This document shows positions 12,232 to 22,925 of a stretch of 64,000 nucleotides of DNA, piece after piece. Origin of the DNA: Microbotryum violaceum (Eukaryota); contig CDLV01000008.1 in NCBI GenBank assembly GCA_001244265.2, positions 744,001 through 808,000 on the forward strand, given 5' to 3'. The notes beneath the pieces are model-generated. The model searched no databases. It saw only the letters and a list, made by a program, of their open reading frames with translations, and was not told the DNA's origin. Positions within the stretch are counted from its first letter, which is position 1, and the number at the start of each line of letters is the position of its first letter. Made by a program: the position numbers and the translations under genes.

Positions 12232-13684
12232 TCATTTATTGTGCTCGCGAAGCCACTCTGACAGTTACAATGCCAGTAGTTTGAGCGTCAACGTGTGAGT
12301 GGCGGCTGGAACCGATTCGCACGTTTGACTTACCTGAGACCGCCGTCCCCGTTATCACGATCAGTTCGGTCTCATTTGCGTACGCCTATGTAGTGGTAGA
12401 ATACGTGTGTTGGGTTCATCAGTTATGGTTGAAATGCGCCTTGCCGTAAAATATACTGAGACGAATGCGATGCGCACCGGACTGATAAACAATTTGCCCT
12501 CTTTTACCAAGGAGAAGTAACTATTGTCCCACTTCGCCACGAAGATCTTGGAACCATCAGGTGCTTTTGTAGTGAGCTTTTTTTTTTTCGAGACGTCCGA
12601 GTTAGTTTGGTAGCTTTCGTGAAGGAAGGACTGGACCGGCTCGGAAGGACGAACGGTGAAATCATTAGTGAATCGGTTGACGGCCCATTTGAAATGCGAT
12701 TGGCCATCAAAACCACGGTACTCGTGTGAGAAAGTGAGCGCGTTGGTACGAAAGAGCTGCGTCGTCCATCCATTCCTACGGTGGAGGACAGTGACGGGAT
12801 GGATCAGTCAGAGTCCTCGGGGTCCGTCCACCGCAGCAGGACTTGGGCGACTTACGCCATCGTTATATTCTTTGTTGTCGACCATCCTTGACTAGAGGTA
12901 CAAACCATAGGCCCTGAAACATGGCACGGCTTGAGTTTCCGGAAACTCTACATCTCGAGGAGTCAAGAGTAAAGTCCGCTCACCATCTTGCCCGCCTTTG
13001 GTGATCACGGTTTGAGCGCCAGAAAAGCGGATACTGCAATCGATGTAGTAGCTTCAAGACAAAGCAGCGGGTGTGAATCAGAAGGATGTTAGAAAGCTCG
13101 AGCAATTTGGAGGAGAAGCTCACTAGATGAAAGTTTTGTCGGGTCCTGTTAAGCCCAATCGAAGTCAGTGTCAGGTGTTCGTGCTTGCAATCTTAAACAA
13201 GGAGAGTGTCTCTGATCGGCGTGCGACAACTTACCTGTCACGATTTCATCACGAAACTTGCCCGGTGCCCTGTAGATGTGGTACTCTAGTGGAGCACAGT
13301 CTTGACCGAAAGCTGCCGCAGCGAAAATCCATCATGGCTGAGGCTCGGTTCAGTACGAGCGTGAGAGCCTACGAGCCTGAACCCGCGATCCGCATGTGGG
13401 GATACGACACCGCCGGCTGTTGCCGCGCAGGGTGACTCACACTGGGGTAAAGCGCTATTGTTGTGATTCTGTTGAGGCTGATGGTAATTGGGCCGGTTGC
13501 CTTTGCTGTCGCCGTATCCTTGTGGAGCTTGTTGCTGCTGCTGCTGCTGCTGCTGCGACGATGAAGCTCCTTCATGTGCGCCGTAGAGGGGCGGGGGCTC
13601 GGACTCCGAGCCTCGATCGGCGCTTCGTTCGACGGGGTCCGAGCCGGAATCCTTGTCAAGCTTGCGTCTGAGTTTCGAAAACAT
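12232..13684 (-). CDS. Uncharacterised 255-aa protein, 9 exons; poly-Q N-terminus; C-terminal region resembles fungal DUF6593/tubby-C-like proteins
   Basis: Manually spliced exons 13684-13441, 13312-13235, 13145-13124, 13051-12984, 12913-12856, 12775-12655, 12576-12478, 12385-12334, 12257-12232. All introns are GT-AG, the phases are consistent, and the 768-nt frame is open to TGA. Confidence 0.8.
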
Positions 13685-14605
13685 ACTGAAGGGGGCGTCT
13701 GCTCGTGATGTGCTGGGACTGTAAGGAATGGAAGGGAGAAAGTAGAGGGGAGGTCGACTCAGTGGGGATCCCATCCTTGCAAGCCGGGCAGTGCGCCGTG
13801 GCTCGCCGTGGCGAATACCACGATGCGCGAATAGCCTGTCTCAAAGCGTTCCAGTCTTCACAGCTTCACCGCCGACGACTCGCCGGCAGTGCCACGACTG
13901 TGAGAAATGAAGCTTGTACGTGCCACAGGGCAGCGTTGAGACTCGGGAGCGGCACCGCTGGTTCTAGACCTAAGGCTGAGGCATTTCTTTCCTTACCAGC
14001 TGCCCCAGCTTGTACTCGTACATGATTTGCTTGCAGGCCGGCCGCGAGCTGAGCCCGCCTCGGACAGAGGGCTCGTTCGTCATTTCGGTCACGTGCACGT
14101 GTGCCCGAGAAGTTGAGCTTACCTCCGATTGATCCGCGAAGTTCGAACCATGGCACATAGGATCGTACAAGATTTTGAGTTCCGAAAATTAGAGTGACAA
14201 TCAGAGTTTACTTACTTCTCTAGTTACAAAGTTCAATTATCTGGCGCGGATCTGCGTTTCCTGCACAGTCTCGTTCGGAGGACTCGGAGACGGCATGGAG
14301 GCGCGACCATTCGATATCCGATCTACTCCTTCAATTTCCCCCCACTCCATCGCCCTCTGGCTTTCTTTCGCTTATCATCTTCGGAGATACCCATCGCCAA
14401 GCCATTCGCCTGAAGAGCCGGAAAGACGCCGACCAGGGCTTGCGTACTATACACAGCAGCTTTCTCGTAAGTTTTGCTGCACTGTCAGCACCGCCTCGCG
14501 GCTGCGGTGACGTCGTTCCTACCCACTCGCCGTGCATCACGCCGTCTGAAGTGAACGGCTCGTACTGACGCCCGAATTCCCACACATCACAGTGCTTGAC
14601 CAAAG

Positions 14606-15703
14606 ATGCCGAGTCTATCATTGACTCCGAACACCGTGATCCAGTCCATCTCTGTGCCTTCCCATTCACTGAGGTCGACTCCCGCTCCGGCACACATCGT
14701 CTATCGCATTGACGTCACCACCCCTTCCCGCGTTTACTCCGTCTCGCACCGCTACAACGCCTTTGTGCAACTCGTCCAAGACCTACAGACCGAGAACGCA
14801 GGACAAAAACTACCCCTTGCTTTGCCATCGCGGAGAGGGGCGTCGTCGATCTTCTCTTTCGTCGGCGTCGGCGGGGGCAGTGGCAGCAACCTATCCGAGG
14901 TTCAGCTCTCACAACGACGGCAAGGGTTAGAGGACTTCTTGCGGGGTTTATTGGCCCACAAAGATCGTCGGTGGGCCTCATCTAAGGCGTTCAGGGAGTT
15001 TCTTGCCGCGCCTTCGATGACGGAAGAGGAAGGATCGGCTTTCACACCTTTGACATGGATGACGGAGCAGCAAGCGCTTGTCGTTTTGGCCAGGGAACTA
15101 CGCGCCACGTTCGCAAAGAGGGATGCTTTGCTATTGCAACAGGATCATAGCGCCCATGCGACAGGACAAGAAGGCAAGCGGGGGCTCGTGTCGCTTGTCG
15201 CTCGGCTCGGCACTTTGACCAAAGGGCTTGCAGGATTGGCCAAGACGGGACTGCCGCAAGGGGAACTGCAACGGAGAGGGGACTTGATTGCACAATTGCA
15301 GGATGAGACAGAGACGTTGGGCGCGATCGCTGCGGCTGTACCTCGACTCGGTGCAGCATCAACAGGGAAACCCGAAGAACCCGTCTCGGCTCAAAGAGGA
15401 GCGCTCTTGGGTGCCCGATCGTCGACCAAACCCGCCGCTCGAGTGTTGGGACAACCGGTCGAGACGGCCGAATCAAGACCGCTCGATAACGCAGGGTTGA
15501 TGCAACTGCAGCAACAGTACGTCGCCGAGCAAGACGACAAGCTCGACTCGTTGACGGCCGCGCTGAGGAGGCAACGAGCGTTGGGCGAGATGATCAGTCA
15601 GGAGCTGTCGGAGCAGGAAGAGCTGTTGGATCACTTGGACAAGGGTTTGGATAGGACAGATGGGAAGCTCAAGACTGCTGAGAAGCTGATGAAGAAGCTC
15701 TAG
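14606..15703 (+). CDS. VAM7: Vacuolar SNARE Vam7-like (PX domain + Qc-SNARE), intronless
   Basis: N-terminal PX features (IVYRIDV, VSHRYNAFVQL, QRRQGLEDFLRGLL). C-terminal SNARE helix LDNAGLMQLQQQYVAEQDDKLDSLTAALRRQRALGEMISQEL; no TM segment. Confidence 0.85.
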   Translation: MPSLSLTPNTVIQSISVPSHSLRSTPAPAHIVYRIDVTTPSRVYSVSHRYNAFVQLVQDLQTENAGQKLPLALPSRRGASSIFSFVGVGGGSGSNLSEVQLSQRRQGLEDFLRGLLAHKDRRWASSKAFREFLAAPSMTEEEGSAFTPLTWMTEQQALVVLARELRATFAKRDALLLQQDHSAHATGQEGKRGLVSLVARLGTLTKGLAGLAKTGLPQGELQRRGDLIAQLQDETETLGAIAAAVPRLGAASTGKPEEPVSAQRGALLGARSSTKPAARVLGQPVETAESRPLDNAGLMQLQQQYVAEQDDKLDSLTAALRRQRALGEMISQELSEQEELLDHLDKGLDRTDGKLKTAEKLMKKL

Positions 15704-15971
15704 AGGCGGGGACAGGTCGGATGGGCGTGAATTTTTTTGAAGACTATTAATATCGCATAGCATCAGCAGCATATAATTAAGGGGACATATTCGCTTGGTC
15801 TCAATCCCACTTTAGGTCAATATGCGACAACAATCAGTCCGAAAGAAGAGGAGAAGTGCTGGTCGTCATCGATCACTCGATGGCACTTTTTGACATCCTC
15901 GAGCGCAGAGTAAGCATTTACTCACCGGCACCTGGCCTATCCTCCGTCGTCCACCCCACGCAGTCGAAAGG

Positions 15972-17386
15972 ATGCTGCCCTTGATCGATCTCGACATCTT
16001 TCGCCAGGATCCCACATCGCCCGAGGCATTGCGGCAAGCCCACGCGGTACGTTACCCACTAACTGAAGCACCACCGCACGTGTCGCATCGCGTCTCACCG
16101 ATCTCACCCATTAGACTCCGAGCACGGTTGCTGTGGCTGACCTCACCACTCGTTACCACAGACTGCTGACGCACTGATTCGATGCGGTGCTTTGATTGTA
16201 AAAGACTCGAGGGTGTCGGAAGATGCGAATGAGCAGTTTCTTGACGTCATGGAGGACTATGTACGTGTGAACGCGCCAGCCGACACGCTCAGCTCATGAG
16301 GATCCGACTGACTCGACACTCGACTTTCTCATCTCCAGTTCGCCCAGTCACAAGAAGAGCTCCTCAAGGATACTCGACCCGAATTCCACTACCAAGCAGG
16401 AGCGACCTTGGAGTCGACCGAGAAACCGAAATGTCACTCCGACGCCTCGTGTCAGGCCGTGATCGCCGCGCTCGACCCTTCTGAACGACCGCTCGATTTG
16501 GAAGCCGACAAGGCGGACCCAAAGTGTCGGTTAGTCACAAGCTGAACATGAGATTTCACCGGGTCGAACGAAGGCTTTTAGACCGCTGATCTTCTTGCCT
16601 TGTCCGCACCATCCACGATGAATCGTGTGCAGATTTTTCTGGAGGATGGGCATGCCTCCCCCTCCCGAACGCACCTCTTTTGGATCCATGACGATCCCCA
16701 ACGTCATCCCAGCCGCTTTCGCCACAACCTGGGAATCCGCCATGCAGGAATGGGGCAACATCATCCGATCCGCCGTCTCGGGCGTCTCGGAGATGCTCGC
16801 CGTCGGTCTGGGTCTACCTCAGGACGAATTCCTCCGAGCTTCGACGTACGGTCCCCATCTCCTTGCTCCGACCGCGACGAATTTGACGAGGTTCGGTCAC
16901 CTCAATTCCATCTTTGCTGGATTCCATACCGATCTCAACTTTTTGACCATCCACGGGAGGAGTCGGTACCCGGGCCTACACATCTGGGCCCGCAACTCGG
17001 GTCAAAAGATCGAAGTCAAGTTGCCTCCCGGGCATCTGCTCGTCCAAGCGGCGAAACAACTCGAGCATGTTACGGGGGGTTTGATTTTGGCGGGGTATCA
17101 TGAGGTGGCTTGTACGAAACGGACCTTGGAAGCAACTGAGACGAGGAAAAGATCGGCACCGGAAAGGCCGTTTATTAGGATCTCGTCAACGTTCTTTCAT
17201 CATCTTTCGTCGGATTATCAGATGAAACCCAGGGAATTGACGGGCAAGATGAAGTTGGAGCCAGAGTGGATCGAAGCTCAGCGAGCGTCGCAAATATCTC
17301 TGCCGCCTGTTGAATACGAGGAGGGGCAGAAAGTTGGGACACTAGTCGAGAACGAGTTGAGGCATATCGCTTTGAAGAAGGATTGA
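15972..17386 (+). CDS. 2-oxoglutarate/Fe(II)-dependent dioxygenase (IPNS-like superfamily), multi-exon
   Basis: N-terminal LPLIDLD; HxD motif FHTDLNFLTIHGRSRYPGL; distal His (GYHEV); RxS motif (RISS). Confidence 0.85.
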
Positions 17387-17549
17387 TCGCGTGTCGTTAG
17401 CTTGGTACTGTGTTGTAACATCATCTCATTCAATAGCCCTGCCAGATGTTTTGGAAGGACTTCAACCCGGCCTTCGATCGATGACTGATAAATGTTCTAT
17501 AGCATTGATGATGGCCCCATGAGAGTTCCGGTCCTACGACCCAACAGTT

Positions 17550-19557
17550 CTACACAGACAACTCGGCCGAGACGCTCGACTTGAGCGCCTGAGCGAAAGG
17601 TGCCAAAGCCGGCTCGACATGATCCTTCAAGAACCGATCGACCTGTTGTGGTGCCCTTCCAACGAACGTCGCGGGGTCCATAAGCGTATCCAATTCTTCC
17701 CAAACGGGTTCAAAGAACTTGTTCGCTCGAACTCGTTCGATCAAGTCGTTCTCGCCACCTTGTTGCTTGACGACGGCTCCGGCTTCGTGCGAGAGAACGC
17801 GAATTTGCTCGTGGCATTCTTGTCGGTCGCCGCCCTTCTTGACGATCGCCATGATGATGTTCTCGGTCGCCATGAAAGGCAACTCTTGTCGCACGCGACG
17901 GGCGACGATGGCGGGGTAGACTACGAGTCCTTCGGAAATCTGTAGAATTATACCCGATAATCAGTCTCGTGTGAAATCATTCAGCTTTGCTTCAGGTTGA
18001 CGTACGTTTTGAAGAGTCGTCAGGATGATGTCGGCGGTGAGGAAAGCCTCGGGGATGGTGACACGACGGTTGGCCGAGTCGTCGAGGGTGCGCTCGAACC
18101 ATTGCACACTCGCTGTCATTAGCGTGTTCTGGTGGATGACCATCAAATGACGGGCGAGCGAACATACACGCTCGCTGCGCATCGGGTTGCGCTTGTACGC
18201 CATCGCCGACGAACCGATCTGGTCCTTCTCGAAGGGCTCCTCGACCTCCTTGAGGTTGGCGAGCAGACGGATGTCGGTAGCGATCTTGTGTGCGGTCGCA
18301 CCAAAGGAAGCGAGGGGAGCAAGAACGTCGATGTCGACTTTTCGCGAATAAGTCTGGCCTGTGACGGGGTATGCGGTCCCGAAGCCGGACAGCTTTGTGA
18401 CGAGCGCGTCCAGTTCTTCGACCTAAGCAACGAGTAGAAGAAGGAAGATGAGCACCGGTATCGCTAATAAGGTCACACTCAAGCGTCACAAAAAATCTCA
18501 CCTTGTCGTGATCGCCGTTGAAGAGGGCGAGGAAAGAAGCTTGTGTACCGGTGGTACCCTTGACGCCTCGGAAGCCAATGTCGTCTCGTGCGCGTTGAAT
18601 GTTCCTCAAGTCCCAAAGAAGCTCCTGTTTGACCTCATGGGTATAAGTACAGGCTCAGAACCATTTGAATGGATGCAATGCAACCGACCTGAATCCATAG
18701 TGTGGCTCGCTTGCCGACGGTAGTCAACTGAGCGGGTTGGAAGTGAGTCCATCCAAGCGTGGCCGTGTTCTTCTGCTCCTCGGCGAACTTGCTGAGGCGC
18801 TGAATGACGACGGCGAGCTTGGGGAGAATGATGTCGCACGCGTCGCGGAGGAAGATGAGGTCGGCGTTGTCGGTGACGTAGCACGACGTTGCGCCGAGAT
18901 GGATGATGGGAGCCGCGGTCGGGCAGTGGAGACCAAAGACATGGACGTGGGCCATGACGTCGTGGCGGCGCTTCTTCTCCTCCACGGCGGCTTCTTGCAT
19001 CTGAGCCGCATCGAGGTCCTGGTGGTGGCAGATATACAAGACTCAGCCCTAGTTCCCCTCGCCTGAATTGGGCAGCCTCTCCTTTCAGGCCGGAGCTGTG
19101 AGACCAGCTCGGAACCTATCTGTGCCGTGCTGAGCTAGCTTTTGGCTCGAGTCGTCCGTACCAAGTGTGCCTTCATCTCCTCAATAGCCTTGTCGGGGAT
19201 GTTGAGGCCGAGCTGCTTCTCGGCTGTGGCGAGAGTGAGCCACAACTTGCGCCAGGTTCCGAAGCGAGTCTTTGCGAAGGCGAGAAGGACGGCGTACGGA
19301 GGTAACTCGTGTCAGTGGGGGAAGCTTTACGCGCAACAGTTGTATCTTTTGGACTCACAGAAGCTGAGAACAGCTTGGCCATCTCCTTGGAGGCATATCG
19401 GCTCGAGAGACTGCTCGTTTGGGGCGAACAATCGAGGAGTAAGTCGTGGAACAGGAGGGTCGATGGGCCAGAGACTCGATCAATGATGGGCTGGACAGAT
19501 ACCAGGCTCGGATGACACTTACGGAGTCTGGTACGTATCGAGTGCGGGATCAGACAT
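17550..19557 (-). CDS. ADE13: Adenylosuccinate lyase, multi-exon
   Basis: [100 protein letters not shown]. Confidence 0.97.
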
Positions 19558-20586
19558 GGTGAAGTGTGCGTGAGAAGTGCAAGTGGGGGCAGCAAGGACG
19601 AGCCGCGAGCTCTCGGACTGAGCGCTGCGGTTGCGGAGACTTGCGGACGGACTCAGGAGTAGTGACGGACTTGCGGAATAAAGCGGTACGGCAGGTAGCT
19701 CCCCACGAGTATGCGATGGACCCACATTCAATTATCTTTGGAAGTATGGTTCAAGCTCCGATGAACACTATGTACAGTCAACTTGTAAATCGATCGACTT
19801 TCAAAGTGGGTTTCAAGTAAAACCTTGAGGAACCTAGTGTAGTACTGGCCGGCGTATGCAATGGTCGGGGATATATTTCGTCTCTCATGACCAATCGTCT
19901 CGGAATGCATCCTCTGTCGAGAGACATTCTGCCATTGCGAGGTGAAGACTGCCTCCAGTGGGTAGACTTGGACCTTTCGTTCATCCGGTTGATTCGAACG
20001 CGGCGGTGAGTCGGCTGCCAGTTGTGCACCGCTGAACCGAAGACTAACAATGGCAGACTCGATATCACTCGCATTCATAATGTCCATCGGCAGAAGCGTC
20101 AACCTCAATTTTGAATTTATGGAGTTGTGATGGGTGAAAATGCGCTGGAACAGTGTTGAAAAGGCGAGATGATGATTGCAGTGCGAGACGAAAGAATCGT
20201 CTCCTGTACGTTGAGGTCACGGCGCAGGAGTCCTGCAGGGAGTCAGCGGGCTGAAATGCAGAGGGTGAGTAGGGCACTTCCATCCCACGGGGTACTCATA
20301 TTGCACTTACGCCTCAGAAGAGGGTATGGCGTCCTCTTTACCTAATCTCAACGGGACGGAGAGGGAAGACTCGGAAGGAGCGTCTGGCCAGGACGGGAAG
20401 ATGTGCTAGATGGCCCGTACTACTAATTGCGACTCATCTGAGCTTGCTTGGAGGTGGGCGGGCTTCCAGGAAACACGTTCAAAGCCAGGAGTGGAGGGGC
20501 TGGCTTGACATCTGGATCTCTCAGCATAATTTGCTGTTGCTACATCAAACGCTTCAATTTCACCACTACTTCAAGTCGACTCCCTG

Positions 20587-21812
20587 CTACTCGACCTTCA
20601 AAGCCAGGAGCATGAGCTCGATGAGGGCAACGCTTGGTGGTCCTTGTCCAATAATCGTCTTCAACACCGACGTCGTGTGTTTCGATCTCCTGACATCGTC
20701 CCAATTCGCAACTGCGAACGCCAAAATCTTTTCCTTCACCTCCGTCGGCACGCCAGTCCAATCCCTCGAGAGCTCAAAGATGACATTGTCCGGCGATAGA
20801 TTGTCGTCCATCCAGGCCAATGTGAGCTCCACGAGTTCCAAGAGTTGCAGATGGTGACCTAGCCTATAGAGCGACAGAGCCGTCACGTTGCACTCGATCT
20901 CTCCAATTACCTGTGGGTCGGGTTCAGCTCCCTTCTGCGTGTCACCGAGAGGCGCAAACTTGACGAGACCGGTTCGAAGCCAAGTGAAGACAGCTTGATA
21001 CACGCTCGACGAATATTCGGTGACTTCGACGAGATGCCTCGCTTGTTGGCACAACTGGTCGTCGCCTACCGTCTTCAAAACTTTCTCAGCCAACTTGGAA
21101 TCAAAAAGGGTCTTTAGGTAGTTGGACTTGGCGGCAAGGAAACTGGAGGATTCCCATACTTCGGTATGGTCGTCTCTGAACTTGAAACAGACATCGAATG
21201 GATGCGGGCTTGACCGAAGGACTGCATGCCAAAACCGGATATGAGGTTAGTAGGCTCCCCAGCTTCAACACCGAGAAAAACTTTATGTTTGCCTTGAAAG
21301 CTTCTGAGGACCGCGTTGATGCGATCGCGAGCTAATGTCGCTTCCGCCGAGTCTGAAGCTCGTCCCATCCTCGCAGTCCTGGCTTCCACGTGCTTTAAGT
21401 TGACGGCGATCTCGTGCTTCGCTCCGATCACTGATATTGCGTCTTGAATCATCTTGGATTGTCCGTTGTCGAGGTCCACCGATTTTACTTCCAGCGATTC
21501 GCGGCCCAGTACGCAACGCCGGAACGTGAATATGAGCTTCCAGTGGCTCGACGCAGCGTCCGCCCCTTGCTCGAACTCCATGGAGAAGCTCGCCGACTCA
21601 GCAAGCGTCGGGGCAGTGGGAGTGTGCTGGAACAGATTCTGTACTCCAGTCAGGTATCCATGAAGGTTGAACATGCGTTCTGGATCAGTCTACATCACCA
21701 GACGTCCAGCCCCAATGACCGCACCCACAGCACTATCGCTTCCAGCCGAAGACCAATCCGGCCGATAGTTGTTGAAAGTCCTCGCCAATCCGGCCCAAGC
21801 TGTACCAAACAT
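20587..21812 (-). CDS. BTB/POZ-domain protein (lineage-expanded type); 5' exons uncertain
   Basis: Last exon, read upstream of the listed ORF, gives PHPFDVCFKFRDDHTEVWESSSFLAAKSNYLKTLFDS...VTEYSSSVYQAVFTWLRTGLVKFAPL...SLYRLGHHLQL...LSPDNVIFEL...FAVANWDDVR. Candidate ATG at 21812. Confidence 0.72.
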
Positions 21813-22925
21813 TGGAAAGTTCGAGTGTCTTCTGAGAAAACGCAAGAGGACAGAAAGGGTCAGGGTCAGAGTCGCTGCGACGTGGGTGCTGCCCGCTAGC
21901 GGGGCAGTCACCCCCAACTTGGGCAAATGCGCCGCTAAGGGGTGGAAAGATAGGAGGCAACCGGATAAGTGGATATGTTGCCTTGAATTTTCGTGATGTA
22001 ACGATCATAATGTATAGCTTCCTACCCAAATTTTGGGGACGATTCCCAGATCTCGATGTCATCGTTTTCGAACTTGAAGCAGTCTTCGAAGGGATGGAAA
22101 GTAGAGCGCAAACCTGGATTAAAGGGCGAAGCAGTAGTTCAGAACGGGACCTTCAGCACTTGAAGGGAGACGAGCATATCCTCGAAAGTTTCGCCGATTC
22201 TGACGGAATCAGGGATAGAGTGGCGAGTTGCGCAAAATGCAGATGGCCGACAACTCCCTTGCTTAGGCTACTGGTAGAGGGCCGATGTCTGTCAAGACAA
22301 AGGCCGAGTAACCGACGTTTTTTGGTTTGAGACTCTGCCTCTATCCTCGCCGGCCCTGCCTGTCGCAACTACTAGTATTCATGCTACCACTGGAGCTTCG
22401 CTCATGGAAGGCACCGATACTTCGGACACATGGCAGCGTCATCCATTCTTCAACTCAACTTGTCAAATCCAAGGCTGTACCTGGGTATCGCTTTAGTACT
22501 CGACGAGAAGATTAAAGATGTGACTTGTGACTCGGACTCAGCCCTTCATTCTCGCAAAGGCGCTCGCGCATTCACAAAAGTATCTCAGCGAAAACCCGAC
22601 CACGTTCTTCAATGGATTTCGATCGAATTAGAGCTCGGTCCATCTAACGATTTTTAGGGACGTCATGACTACCTCGCTGTCGTCGACCAACTTTCGACCA
22701 TAACTTTCTCAGCGGAGTTGAAGAGGTGGGCGGCCCCTTCAACCATCCCACGCTGGTAATCATCTTGCACTCACACTTCAATTTGTCTTCTTTAGAGCGG
22801 AAAATCGGATAGGCAGGAAAGAAGAAGTGTGCCGTCAAAATGTCAGAATCTACTGAACCGAAGGTTACGGTAGCTTGCTGCAGTGCAAACGTGAGCGCTA
22901 CGATGCGGAGCTTCTCGCCTTTTTA

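Noticed and set aside
14606..19557. Dioxygenase plus neighbours as a secondary-metabolite cluster
   Set aside because: No PKS, NRPS, terpene synthase, transporter or cluster regulator; the neighbours are housekeeping genes.
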